64,000 bases of DNA. Source: the human T2T-CHM13v2.0 reference genome, Homo sapiens. Positions 11,890 to 25,455 of the stretch are shown here, one piece after another (the stretch's first letter is position 1; every line of letters begins with the position of its first letter). A model generated the notes under the pieces. That model did no database searches. It had not been told where the DNA came from and saw nothing but the letters and a program-made list of their open reading frames with translations. The stretch lies in assembly GCF_009914755.1 (NCBI RefSeq), contig NC_060925.1. One strand, 5' to 3'. Position numbers and translations under genes: made by a program.

Positions 11890-13720
11890 TAAATGCCTTG
11901 CCCTTGTTTACACTGCCGGTTTACACTTTTCCTCCAGACCATCATAACTGATATCTCCCGGTTTTACCTCAAACCGCCACCCTTAACTCTCTCTTGGAGT
12001 GGATAGAAGATCTTCAATGGCAAGATACACTCCAATTCTTCTATCCTGATGAAGTGCTTTTTTTTTACTTTTCTACTCACTCTTATCCTTACCTCCATTC
12101 TCCAGTCACTCTCTACCTCTCTCTAGTTACCTCCAGCATACTATCAGTCTCACCCACTCTCTCCTCACTGCCTCCAATCCCTCTCTAGCAAAGAATTGTT
12201 GGCTATGCATTTCCCTTTCTTCCTGCTCTTACACAGCCATCCCCGCTCTGTAGGCTGACTGGGCTACCTCTCCTGTCTGCCTGCACCTCTGAACCTCCTT
12301 TAATAGCCCTCATCTTTACCCACCTGAGGAAATTCTTTACTTTCTAGACAGATTTGGTGAGAACTCCCCAGACATTTCGCACCAACAAGCTGCCACATTT
12401 CTCCGCATCTAGTTACAGCACCTTTTTCCTTATGTCAATTCCACCCTCACCCCCCATATTTGGACCCCTCAGCACACAAACAACCATCCCTGTGGCTGCT
12501 CCTTTATGCATCTCCCGACAACAGCCTACTGGAATCACTTTAGGCAACCTTCCACCATCCAAATGTTCCTTTACTCTTCATCTTCAGAACCCAGCCACAC
12601 ACATTACCAAACAGATGGGAGGATTCCAACTTCGCATTACCGATAAGCCCTCTATCATTACTGACAAACTAAAAAACATTGGCAGTCACTATTGTTTAGG
12701 AAGACACCTACCCTGCATCTCACTCCATCCTTCGCTACCCTCCGTCTGCTCATCTGACTCTCCTCCTGGCCCCTCCTCTTGTTTGCTTATACCCAGCCCC
12801 ATGAATAGTAGTGAAAGGTTACTCATAGACACTATGTTCTTTCTCATACACCATAAGAACCGAACCTCTCCCTCTATGCAGTTGCACCATCAATCCCCAT
12901 TACAACCTCTAATGGCTGCTTCCCTTGCTGGATCTCTAGGATTTTGGGTGCAGGACTCCTCTTTCAGTACACCCTCTCACCTTTTCACTTTATATTTCCA
13001 GTTCTGCCTGACACTAGGTCTCTTCTTTTTATGTGGCTCTTCCACCTACATGTGCCTACCTGCCAACTGGATGGACACACGTACTCTAGTCTTCCTTACC
13101 CCCAAAATCCAGTTTGCAGATGGGAATGAAAAACTGCCTGTCCCCCTCATGACATCAACACAACAAAAAAAAGTCATCCCACTAATCCCTTTACTTGTGG
13201 GTCTAGGACTTTCTGCCTCCACTATTGCACTTGGAACTGGAATAGCAGGCATTTCAATCTCTGTCACAACATTTTGCAGCCTCTCTAATGACTTCTCTGC
13301 TAGCATTACAGATATGTCACAGACTTTATCTGTCCTCCAAGCCCAGGTTGACTCTTTAGCTTCAGTTATCCTCCAGAACTGCCGAGGCCTCGATTTACTT
13401 GCTGCTGAAAAAGGAGGACTCTGTATATTTCTTAATGAAGAGTGTTGTTTTTACTTAAATCAATCTGGCCTGGTATATGATAACATCAAAAAACTCAAAG
13501 ACAGCTCAAAAACTCGCTAATCAGGCAACTAATCATGCTGGATCCACCTGGCCACTCTCTAACTGGGTATCCTGGCGTCTTCCAATCGTTAGTCCTCTAA
13601 TATCTATCTTCCTCCTCCTTTTATTTAGGCCTTATGTCTTCCCAATTAAACTCTCAATTCCTATGAAACTGCATCCAGGCTATCACTAATCACTCTATAT
13701 GACAAATGCTGCTTTGAACA
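11890..13720 (+). pseudogene. env: HERV-H env; long open segment 12354-13520 (first ATG 12432, 362 aa)
   Basis: NCWLC near 12194, fusion peptide VIPLIPLLVGLGL, ISD LQNCRGLDLLAAEKGGL, CX6CC (CIFLNEECC); membrane anchor in another frame after ~13500; 5' boundary approximate. Confidence 0.9.
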
Positions 13721-13924
13721 GCCCCACAGTATCACCCCTTACCCCAAAATCTTACTTCAATCTAATCTCTCCCACTTTAGGTTCCCACACCGCCCCAATC
13801 CTGCTCGAAGCCACCCTGAGAAACATCACCCTCACCCCTCCATACCGCCCCCAAAATTTTCACCCCAAGTTTTCACTACTCTTTCTCGTTTTATTTCTTA
13901 ATTATTAATATAAAAAGACAAGAA

Positions 13925-14227
13925 TGTAAGGTCCTCTGAGCTGGCCGTACCATGGTCAAGCCATTGTGACATTCCCCTGCCCTTGTGATAATGTACTCTG
14001 TGATATTCCCCATCCTTGAGAATGTACTTTGTAACATCCATCCCCTGCCTGCAAAAAATTGCTCCTAGCTCCACCGCCTACCCCAAACCTATAAGAACCA
14101 ATGATAATCCCACCACCCTTTGCTGACTCCTTTCTCAGACTCAGCCCACTTTCACCCAAGTGAATAAACAGCTTTGTTGCTCACACTAAGCCTGCTCAGA
14201 TGGTCTCTTATATGGACGCACGTAACG
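13925..14227 (+). promoter_or_regulatory. 3' LTR, 303 bp
   Basis: Direct repeat of 6099-6467 lacking two 33-bp units; about 25 substitutions by hand count; AATAAA at ~14163. Confidence 0.9.
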
Positions 14228-14919
14228 AAGGGGAACTACCCTTTTTAAAACCATCAGATCTTGTGAGAATTACTCACTATCATGAGAACAGCATGGGAAA
14301 ACCCACCCCCATGATTCAATTACCTCCCACTGGGTCCTTCCCACGACACGTGGAGATTATGGGAGCTATAATTCAAAATGAGATTTGGGTGGGGACACAG
14401 CCAAACCATGTCAACATCTAACTTGTAGATGGCAGTTTGGATTTCTAGGCTGCTTAATGTCATTAAAAAGTTGATTTCCTCAGCTGGCTGCTACAGATTG
14501 TAGATCAGAGTTCTATTTTTATGTATGGTCTGGCCATTGTCTATTTTCCTATTCAGTCTCTCACAGTTTAGAGTTGGGGAAATAACAAGGCAAAGATTTT
14601 AAAGCAAGGAAGTTTTAGGACATAAGCTGTCTGTTGCTGTTCCCTGTTGAAGAATTGATGAATCCTTTGCGAAGTTCCTAGAATGAACAATCAGGTTGCT
14701 TGCTTGAGTGAGACTATCCTGAAATGGTAAAGTTGTGCTAGTGAGGATAATGAAATAGTAAAGTTGTGTTAATGTAGACAGTATGGTAGGGGACAGAGGC
14801 AGAAAGATAGGTGGTTTTGGTTTTCGGTTGAGTGAATTGAAAGCATGGGGACAAGCATCTGTCTAGTTTAGCAGATATTCCTCAATGTTACTTCCTCTTC
14901 ACTTCCACTTAGCTGTGCG

Positions 14920-15070
14920 TGATGCTGTAAGAAAGGTGTAAATATTCCTATGTTACACAGATGAAGATTCAGAGCTTAAATAAGTTGTCCAAGGTCACAC
15001 TTGAATTGTAGTAAAGTCAGAATTCAAGCCCAATTCTGCAGGACTCCAAAGCCCCATGCTCTTTCCAGAA
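14920..15070 (-). mobile_element. MIR fragment
   Basis: ACAGATGAAG..TTGTCCAAGGTCACAC..GACTCCAAAGCCC core. Confidence 0.7.
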
Positions 15071-15996
15071 TACCATCATGCTACCTTACATAAATTTAAG
15101 TATTACCCAAATCACCTTTTCATTGCTGTGCATGTGTGTGAATGTGTATATTAATATGTATGTCTTTTGGGGAAAGAAAAATAGTGAGATGGACCTTGGT
15201 GTGCCACAAAATAAACACGTTTTGAATTTAGGGGTTTTTTTTCTGAGTGTTTTTGGGAGTGAGCTCAATATTTAAACTTGTATTAGCTCTTCATTTCAAA
15301 TATTCTCTGTTCTAATAGAAGGCCCTTTTAGCTACTGAACTGTAACATATATCTTCTTAATACATGCTTTCTGCCTTTTATTTAATTAAGAACAATTGGT
15401 AAAATTAGCTAGATTTAACTTTAAATAATTAAAAGTATGTAATTCTTGGGAATGATTTCAGATTTTGCAAGTAATATGCAGTTTTTAAGAACGATGGAAA
15501 TAAAACTTCAGGCTGTGCCTAGATTTACAGTCTTCACAGTTTGTAGTCTATGCTGCTGGCAATTTTACTTAGCTGGCACACACTCCACAGAACATCATTT
15601 TATCTTTTAAAAACAATTACAATTATAATTAGTATTGTTATTACTTTCTTAGCCACGACAGGAGAATGCAATGATCCAGCCTCCAGTTCATCAACGTGAA
15701 ATGCTGAGAATGCAGCCATGTTAGGCTGCCAGAATGGACTCCATGTTGCCTTCAGCTGAGCTAAACTCTGAAACGATGGGTAGGAAAAAACCTCAGGAAC
15801 AATATCACATTTGAGGAGAGGGAGTCCCCCCTAGAGGCCACACTTGTAATTTTCTTTTCTTCTTCACTGAGAGGTTATCAGCTTCATCAGTTGCACCCAA
15901 ACCTGGCTGTACATTGGGATCACCTGGGGAGCTTTGAAAATTTCTGATGCCCAGGCTGTACCCCAGACCAATTAAATCAGAAGCTCTGTGGGTGGG

Positions 15997-16300
15997 GGCC
16001 AGGTGCGGTGGCTCACGCCTGTATTCCCAGCACTTTGGGAGGACAAGGCAGGCAGATCACCTGAGGTCAGGAGTCCGAGACCAGCCTGACCAACATGGAG
16101 AAACCCTGTCTCTACTAAAAATACAAAATTAGCCGGGTGTGGTGGCACATGCCTGTAATCCTAGCTACTCAGGAGGCTGAGGCAGGAGAATCACTTGAAC
16201 TCAGGAGGCGGAGGTTGTGGTGAGCCGAGATCACGCGCCATTGCACTCCAGCCTGCGCAACAAGAGTGAAACTCCATCTTAAAAAAAAAAAAAAAAAAAA
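15997..16300 (+). mobile_element. Alu (AluSp/Sq-like)
   Basis: Full dimer, poly-A, TSD AAGCTCTGTGGG. Confidence 0.92.
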
Positions 16301-16341
16301 GCTCTGTGGGTGGGGCAGGCATTAGTAGCTTCCAAAGCTCC

Positions 16342-16805
16342 TGTTAAAGAAAATATTATTCAATGATATTTGTTTAAGTATTCTAAAGAAGACCTCATTC
16401 AGGACCATCATGACAGGTGTAAGGACCACTGCAATGGAATTTTGCAGCGTGGAAGAGTGATTGGGCTCAACTTTGACTACAGCATGGGCAAGTGGAAATT
16501 TAAAGCCAAGGAGCAGGGTGGGGCCCATGGATGCAAAGTTACTAAGAGGAAATATCAGGAATAAAGGAGATTCTAGCTAAACCAGCTTAATAGGATTCTT
16601 GCTGAAGACAGGCCTGGATGTCTTCAACCAGTGGGATGGTGGAGGATGAGGAACCCAATCCAATATTGAGGTTTGATCAGACATCAAGGGTGAAGGGATG
16701 ACCTAGCAGGGATCTTTGCTGAAGCTGAATTGTAAGTGCACAGATAGGCTTAGGAAGATGTTCAGGAGTCTGACTAAAGTTTGGTCAGGCAAAGAATCTT
16801 TGTCA
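16342..16805 (-). mobile_element. Solo MER31-like ERV1 LTR
   Basis: Minus strand begins TGACAAAGATTCTTTGCCTGACCAAACTTTAGTCAG; TSD CTCC (16338-16341, 16806-16809). Confidence 0.8.
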
Positions 16806-17729
16806 CTCCCTAGATGATTCCAACTTGCAGTCAAGTTGAAGAACCAGTGAATGACAGCACGTTGCAGGTGGGTTTCAGAAACTCCCTGAGAATCTCTAAG
16901 GGTAGCTCCAGATAATATCCTGGACAGAGGTGGACAATGGGGAGGCGATCACAGTGGATCTGGGCTATGAGGTGTCAGATGCTGGTACCAGTCCTAAGTC
17001 TGCACATAGGACTGGCTCGTGCTCTGGGATGTGGCTGCATGTAAGCATTGGACAAACTGACCACTACAGTACTCGACAGACACTGGATCCAAGCCTGCAG
17101 GACCTAAGGACTAGTGGGGATTGGCCTTCTTTGGAATAACTGCTTCTGTAGTAGCTGGCAGAGCTGCAGGTTACTGCTTTATAAGAGTGAGTACTACCTT
17201 GCAGCTCCATAACCCACATGTCAGGTTGGCCTTGGGCACTACCATCCACATACCCAGCACTTCTGAGCAGCCCTGGCCAGCCTCTGCAGCCAGCTGTCCC
17301 CAGCTTCTGTGACCATGTTCAGGGAAGGAACCAAACAGGCAGCTTACAGCTGAAGGTTTGCATTTGTCTATTTAGGAACAAGGACACATAGCCACATGGC
17401 ATGCAAGGCAGCTTTTTAAAAGAAGCAGTACACCTCCTCAGTAGACACACGTCCAGATGGGGCCACACCATACAGGTTCCACTAATGACTTAGATGCACT
17501 AGGCACCCCAGGCACATCAGGGAGAGAGACGTGGGAGCCTTGTCAGGGTAGCCTGGACTTTTAGATTTCCCCTCTTACTATGGTTGATGAGAAAGATCAA
17601 GTATTTACACACCGCAGACCAATGGAGCATATTTGTTGTATCCAAATGGAATAGAACAGTTGTTTTCAATCTGTACTACTCCACAACATTAAGACTTTTT
17701 TCTATTTTCTCAAAGTTTCAGCAGAAGTG

Positions 17730-18068
17730 TTACAAAAGAGGCCCCAGAGAGCTGCCTTGTCCTTTCCACAATGTGAAGATACAGCAAGAAGATGCAGTTT
17801 CTATGAACAAGGAAACAGGCCCTCACCAGATAGCCAATCTGCGGTGCTTTGATCTTGCACTTCCCAGCCTCTAGGACTGTGAGAAATAAATTTCTTTTGT
17901 TTATATTCTACCCATTTTATGGTCTTCTGTTACAGCAACATGAACAGACTAAGACAACCCTCACGACCAAATTACTTCCTAAAGGCTCTGCTTCTAATAT
18001 CATCACATTGGGGGGTAGGATTTAAACATATGAATTTGGAGGGGACACAAACATTCAGTCCATAACAG
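17730..18068. mobile_element. Two MaLR (MLT1/MST) LTR fragments: + strand to 17956, - strand 17957-18068
   Basis: CCAGCCTCTAGGACTGTGAGAAATAAATTTC..GACTAAGACA; GGGGACACAAACATTCAGTCCATAACA. Confidence 0.7.
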
Positions 18069-18432
18069 ATGAGAATGAGGTTAGAAGGTTAGAGGAGGCA
18101 GTTGATCACAAATTATTTGAAACCATTTCTAGTATTCTGTGATTAAGAAACAGAAGCTATTTTAGAGATATAGTTTAGGCCTCCACTATTCCCACTTTAT
18201 AACTAGAGAAACCTAACTCTCCAGCAGCCACATGCCCAGAGTCACAAAGTGATTAGCAGTGTGCTGGGACTACAATAATCATCTCTTAGCTCCAAGCCTC
18301 ATGCGCTTTCCATGCCACCAGACTGACTCATAGTAACCTGACTGTCATAGGAATACTACTTCTTTCAACTGGATTCAGAAAATAGTTAAGCAGATTCTAA
18401 ATCAGGCTAGGATATTAAATCCAAACAGCCTG

Positions 18433-18978
18433 TGTGGAAATAAAGACCAACCACATGAGAACAGGGAGTGGATATGCATTCAGAGATTACTATAGTGAGG
18501 GAGTCATCCCTTGCATTTTGGCAGAGATTCAAAGGGAGGCAGAGGAGTGGGAAAGCTTTATAGTAGGGAAAAAGAGAATTCATGTGTACCCTGATTGGAA
18601 GCTGTTGGCCTGGGGAAGCTGCAGACAGACTACCTATAAATGAGGCATCCTGTGTAATGTTTAGGGGTGCATATTTGACTTTTTCTGGTAGTTCCTAAGT
18701 TGGAAGTAGAAAAATTAAAGAAGCTGTCAATTATTGAAGCAAGTGCTGGCCATTTGAGGCCAATTGTTACAGGAGTTATTGTTTGGGTTCCTGGACTGTT
18801 TCTTAGAGATAGTAGTCAAATCTCCAGCAAGTCTGACTTGTGGATCATAGACTGGCTTCCTGGGCTGTTTATTGTAGATAATAGGGTTGTTTCCTGGCCT
18901 GATTGCTGCAGGTTGTGGATCAGAGTTCTATTTTTATATATGTTCTGGCCATTGTCCATTTGTCTATTCAGTCTCTCA
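18433..18978 (-). mobile_element. Solo ERV1 LTR (LTR54-like)
   Basis: Minus strand begins TGAGAGACTGAATAGACAAATGGACAATGGCCAG; near-TSD CCTG/CTTG. Confidence 0.7.
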
Positions 18979-19544
18979 CTTGTCTCAATCCATTTACCAT
19001 CCCCATTCTCTCATAATCCAGAATTTTTGTCATGAACTACATCTTCTGATTTATGTATTTGTGGTTTGCAAAGTTGTGGTGGGTGGGAGATTGTTTGGAT
19101 TTTCTTATTCACAATGCAATGAATGTTTTAATGGGCAAGCAAAGATTGAATCAAAAATATCTAGCAGCTCTGAAAAGCTTCACTCTGAGTACTGCTGCTT
19201 GCTGTTCTCATGAGAACAGTTGCTAGGATAAAATACAGCTTTTCTTTGAAGTATTATTACTTTATTCATTCATTATGTCTTTGTAAAATACCTACATCAC
19301 ACAAAGAACTATTGCAATAGGGACTATGGGGTTATAAATATGTGTGTCCTTCAGGGGGCATACATATGTGAAACACCTAGATAAAAATAATGACGGTGGA
19401 TTGTTCTGATTTTTAAGTAAATTGGAAAGCATGAAAACTGTTTTATTGGGGAAAAAAAGCCTATTGGAAGAAACATCCTAAACAAATAAGAGATGGTTGA
19501 TTATCCAGAAAAATTCATTTCCTCTCAATTTTATCAGACAAAAG

Positions 19545-20300
19545 ATTATGCATTCCTTAGCCATCAGGGAAATGCAAATCAAAATCACAATGGCATACCA
19601 CTTTATACCCACTAGGATGGCTGTAATAAAAAGAGAGATAATAACAAGTGCTGAAGGAATCAGAACCTTCATATACTCCTGGTGGGAAAGTACAACGGTG
19701 CAGCTACGTTGGAAAAAGAGTTTGGCAACTCAAAAGATGAAACATAGAGTCAGTTACCATAAGACCCAGCAATTCCACTCCTAGATATCTACCCAAGAGA
19801 AATAAAAACATATATCCAGACCATAACTTGTACATGAATGTTCATAACAGCATTATTTGTAATAGCCCCAAAGTAGAAATCACCCAAACATCTATCAACA
19901 GATGAAGAGATAAACAAAATGGTATATCCATACAATGTTATGTAATTCACACATGAAAAGAAATGAAGTACTAATACACACTACAACATGGATAAATCTT
20001 GAACGTATCAGGCTAAGTAAAGAAGTCAGTTCCATTGACATGAAATGTCCAGAATGGGTAGATCTACAGAAAGTACATTAGTAGTTGCTTCATGGCTGTG
20101 GGCTGGGAAGAAATTGAGAATGACTGCTAAATAGTATGGGATTTCTTTCAGGTATGATAAAAATATTTTAATAGTGATTATGGTGATGGTTGTACAATTT
20201 GGTGACTATATGAGTACTAAAAACAACCTGCTTGCACACTTTAAATGAATACATTATATGGTATGTGAATTATATCTCAATAAAACTTATTTTTAAAAAG
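19545..20300 (+). mobile_element. Old L1 (L1MB/MC-like) 3' end
   Basis: GAAATGCAAATCAAAATCACAATG, CAGCAATTCCACTCCTAG, terminal TATCTCAATAAA. Confidence 0.85.
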
Positions 20301-20666
20301 ATGACAGATTGTAGCACTATCTTATGTAGTGAACATAAGTAGTGAACAACACTTCTGTCAAGGAACATTACACAAAACTTTAGGGCTTTAAGAAGAATAT
20401 GCATCTTATTTCATCATTATCATAGTCATATGCACAAAGGAGCACAGTACTAACAGATTTGGTGAAAACAAAGTATATGAGGGAGATTTACATGGAATCA
20501 GAGTTGGCTGAACTACATACATATTTCCTGTAAAGTTCTTGTGAGTGTGTCCATCATTTTATTCATGGAGTCAGAATTTTCGGATCATCAATTATCTATC
20601 AGATACTATGTTTGGTGCTGGGGAATAAGTAAGCAAATGGAAAAAAGCTATAAGTTTTAAAATATA

Positions 20667-21063
<397 letters not shown>

Positions 21064-21639
21064 CTAACCAGGATTATTCAGTAGCAGGTTGCATAAAACA
21101 ATTTGAGCAATCGTAAGCCAAAGGGTTTTTCTAAGAGCAGGAATGCAGCTGGGTCTCAGGAAAGAATGGAACTGGAAACCAGAAAACCTTCATCACCACC
21201 CCTGCCACTGCCCATAGTGTTTTCTTCCTGCCTCTTGGTTCTGTACCTCTCTTCCTGCTGCTGCTCTTTCTCTACAGGCTTCTGCTAATTTATCCACAAG
21301 AAAGAGTATGGTCTCTCAGTTTATATGTCCAGCCACAGAGACAATCTATTTTCTTTTTTTCCTCTCTCTCAGCATCTTCAATTTTAAATTCCGTCTATAA
21401 CCAAAAGCAAATTAAGTGACATTCTTTCCACTGAAACTAACAGAAAGCCCAGGAAAGAGTGGCTTTAGTCTTTGCTACTCCAAGTCTGTGGACGAGCATC
21501 ATCGGCATCATCCATGGGCTTGCAAGAAAAGCAGAATCTGAGGCACCACTCCAGACCTACAAAATCAGGCTCTCTGCTTTCACAGGACCTCCAAGGGATT
21601 TGAATTGAACATTAAAGTTTAAGAGTTGGGTTAATCAAT

Positions 21640-22148
21640 TTAAAATATTTATTATCTCATTTAACAGGAAGGCCCAAGAATGGTGGTTCCAGGCTGGTTG
21701 ATTCAGAGGCTCAACTGTGTCATCAGGACCAGCGATGACCAACAGCATCCTTCCACTCTGTTGTTTTCCTCTCAGTTCTTAAGAAGGTTGCAGCCTTTCC
21801 AAGCTTCCCATCCATGCATAACAACGTCCAGTAGCTGGAGGAAAAGGTATTTATTCTTTGGATTCCTTTTTAAGTGGGAGAAAAATCTTCCCAGTGTCCC
21901 CTCAGCAGATTTCCCATCACATATCACTGACCATAGTGTGTCACACAGCTGTTCCTAATGTAACCACTAGTAAAGGAATGGAATCCTCATAACTGACAGA
22001 CTGATCAAGATTCACCCCCTGGATCTGGGGAAGGGCTTAACTTCCCTAGAAGCAACTGGCCTCCTATTCTCTTAACAGAACTGGGATCTATGAGTAAGGA
22101 ATAAGGGGAGAATGGGAGTTGGGTAGGCACCCAACAGTGTCTGCCACA
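21640..22148 (-). mobile_element. Old MLT1 MaLR LTR
   Basis: Ends GGTAGGCACCCAACAGTGTCTGCCACA. Confidence 0.55.
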
Positions 22149-22549
22149 CCACTCCAGCAATAAGCACCCATGTGTGAAGCATAGTGTAGGAGGTATGAAG
22201 CAGAAAGTGCCTACGTGTGAAGCATTAGTAGCAGAAGAGTTGCTATATCAAATGGAGACCGCACAGAAGGGTTCTTTGATCATTTCACACAAATTCCTCA
22301 GCAACCCCCATGTTCATATACTTGCCCGGCAGCCTTTGCTTCCTCACTTGAAAGCAATTTCTTCAAAGACAACCAGATTGAAAGCTCATTGCAACTATAT
22401 TTTGGAGAGCTGGGAGAGGAATGAGTGAAACGCACATGGATATTTTCTGACATGTAGGTTCCCACAATGGGAGGTGGAATGTTTTAGTTACTCCATAACA
22501 TCTTAATAAGCTGAACATTGGATTGATATATAAAACAATGGAAATTGAA

Positions 22550-22978
22550 ATTTATTTAACATTCATTAGGCACTTGGCAGTATTCTAAACACTGTACATA
22601 AATTAGGTAATTTAATCCTCCTAACAACCCTATAAAGTATATACTATTATTATCTCCGATTTATAGAGGAAATGCTGAGGCAGAGAAAAAAATATTACTT
22701 GCCCAGTTACATACTGTGTAAGACACAGAGGCAGGAATTGGAAAAATGAGAAGCTGTAGGCAGGCTAACTGGAAGTGGGGCATCCTATGTTATTGCTTAG
22801 GGGTGTGTATTTGGATTTCTCTGGCTGGTCCTAATTAGGGAAGCTGTCAACTATTAAGTACTGGTCATTTTGCAGGGGTTGCAGGAGTTATTGTTCGGCT
22901 TCCTGGACTGTTTCTTAGAGATGACAGTCTGGATTTAAACCCAGAAGGTCTAATGCCAGGGCTTGTGCTCATAATCTT
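22550..22978 (-). mobile_element. MIR carrying an inserted LTR54-like internal fragment (22737-22930)
   Basis: TTAATCCTCCTAACAACCCT..GCTGAGGCAGAG..ACTTGCCCAG..GGCAGGA then, after the insert, GGATTTAAACCCAG. Confidence 0.7.
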
Positions 22979-24339
22979 TGCAGCAAATGAGCATTCAGTG
23001 GTTTTTATGCACATCTCCTTCTGAAACTGGAAAAGTCACTGGCTAAAAAGATCTCAGGTACCATTATAAGAATCTGGGATTAACAGCCGAGGAAGATGTC
23101 TTTCTCTTAAGCAAATATTAAACCACACAAAAATTCATTGCAAAGTTATAAGCTTAAAGGAGCTTGCTGCCAATTTTATTTTACTTCATCCACCTAACTA
23201 GTGGTGTTATAGTTGATTTGTTGAATCAACTCAAGGGAAAGAAATGTGCTTGTTATCTAATAATGCTACCTACCAATTTGAACACTTGATAGCCTCTAAA
23301 AGCCTACATTTATATATCCCAATTACTGGATAATAATGTGGGGGAAAATGTATTATAGCTAAAACAGCCAAGGGTTAGTATCCCCAGTTTTTTTCTCTCT
23401 TGGCTGCTGGATTTTAGTAGCTACATTTGGATGTGATTTGATAAAATTTGAAGCTAATTTAATCTGTACTCTATATGATAACCATAATTTCATTATTCTT
23501 AGGTTGTTTTTGTAAGAAAAAATTTAATAACCTTGTTTTTCAATAAGAATGAAAAACCTTGCTATGTTGACTCAATAAACTCATTAGTTTTTTTTGTTTC
23601 ATTTTGTTTTTTGCTTATAGTACTTAGAGTTACCTAAAGTAATAATATATAATTCTTTGATCTTAGTTAGAAATTTTATTCTGTTAATCACATCCCTTGT
23701 CTCTGTGGTGAATTCAAATGGGCAAATATAAATTGAGTTATAAAATTTATGAGTTTGAAAAAATACTAGAGGATCTATTGGTTCACACACAGGAAATTGT
23801 TAAGGTATTGGCTAATCACTTATTCATAGAACTAATGAGGACAAAATTTTATTGACCTCAAATTAAAAGAAAAAAGAAGAAGAAAGAGAAGGAAAAATGT
23901 GGAATGTTTTGTACTTGAGTTATTTATTAAGTAATGGTCTACCTAAAAAAGAATATTTGGTAGAATTGCATATGTAAATGATCTCATTTAAATTATAATA
24001 ACTAAATTTTTATTTGAGTACAGGTTTTTTTTGCCTTTAGAGCAACTCTAGCATCAATTAATTTAGCAAGGTAAAAACTAACCAAATAGTTTCTAATCAC
24101 TTAGAGGTTCATTCAACTTGCCAAAGACTCCTGGCTTTATCTTTCCCTATCATTATCTGGTTCATTAAGCACTCACTGGAACTTTCTTTTGCAGAAACTG
24201 TGGAAATTTGATACAATATAAGGAAAGGTCAGATGTGGGCAAGTGCTCATAATCTAAGAGATAAACTGAAAAAAACACATATTAAAATTAGCTTATGAAT
24301 ATAAAAACAGGGTTCCTTTCCTAAGTACCTTGTTTTGTT

Positions 24340-24468
24340 TTATTTATTTATTTTTAGAAATCAGCCTAGGGTCATCTTGAACTCCTGGCCTCAAGTGATC
24401 TTCCTGCTTCAGCCTCCAGAATAGCCAGGATTACAGGTGAGAGTCACCGAGAGCCACCGCACCTGGCC
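24340..24468 (-). mobile_element. FLAM/Alu monomer
   Basis: GAACTCCTGGCCTCAAGTGATC..GAGCCACCGCACCTGGCC. Confidence 0.75.
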
Positions 24469-25142
24469 ACACTTACTTTGTTTAATTCAATCTTAATGGA
24501 TTGATCAAATAGAATATAGCATATTAATTTTTTAATGGAACCTGAAAGCTTAATGTGAGACATTGTTGACAGTGAAACATCTTTACATGCTGGTTGGCCC
24601 CCCTGTGATGAGGTTGATATTATCATCTTGTATTATCAAACACTTCATTTTCAACCTCTTTTCCATCACTCAGTTTACTCAATGCATTTGCTTTACTCCT
24701 TGCAGAGTTTAGACTCAGACGGTAGCCTTTGAAGTTCACAGACAGTACACCTGTGGCTCCTATGTGGTCACCCTTTCCCTTTTCCCAGCCACTGGCAACC
24801 CTGCAGACGTAGCCTAAGAATTCTCCAAGTGTGCTCTGGGTCACCATGACCAACCTGTCAGTGTTAAAATGAAACTTGGCACTGGTTGCCCTTACTGCCC
24901 TAGAGCCTATCACAAGTTTCTCTTTCTGCTGAGCATGGCCTCAGCTAAGAATCTTCAATCTTGTCTACTTTTTCTTTCTCATTCTGGGTGACAGAATAGC
25001 CCAGAAAAAAAATCAACTAACTACCAATGCACCCAAGCCTCTGCTTGGAAATTCTCTCATTGGTTTCTGGTTTATTTTATAGCATTTCCTTCTTTCTTTT
25101 CTTTATTTTCCATCACAACATCCACAATTCCTCTCCGTTGCA

Positions 25143-25455
<313 letters not shown>

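Larger units (their letters stand above)
6099..14227 (+). mobile_element. HERV-H-family (H/F type) near-full-length provirus, 8129 bp
   Basis: Two LTRs, PBS, gag-pro-pol-env remnants, polypurine tract before 13925; near-TSD CAGGG/AAGGG. Confidence 0.95.
5943..14413 (-). mobile_element. THE1/MST MaLR LTR split into 5943-6098 and 14233-14413 by the HERV-H provirus
   Basis: TGTATTAGTCTGTTCTCATACTGCTAATAAAGAC...GTGCAGGG then GAACTACCC..AAAACCATCAGATC...CCAAACCATGTCA. Confidence 0.85.
5539..14563 (-). mobile_element. ERV1 LTR (LTR54-like) split into 5539-5942 and 14414-14563 by nested insertions
   Basis: Both halves are colinear with the intact copy at 18433-18978; TSD CAGT at 5535-5538 and 14564-14567. 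Confidence 0.75.
15888..16849. mobile_element. MER5A-type hAT MITE, interrupted by an Alu and a MER31 LTR
   Basis: GATCACCTGGGGAGCTTT..CCCCAGACCAATTAAATCAGAA...GATTCCAA..GAAGAACCAGTG. Confidence 0.7.
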
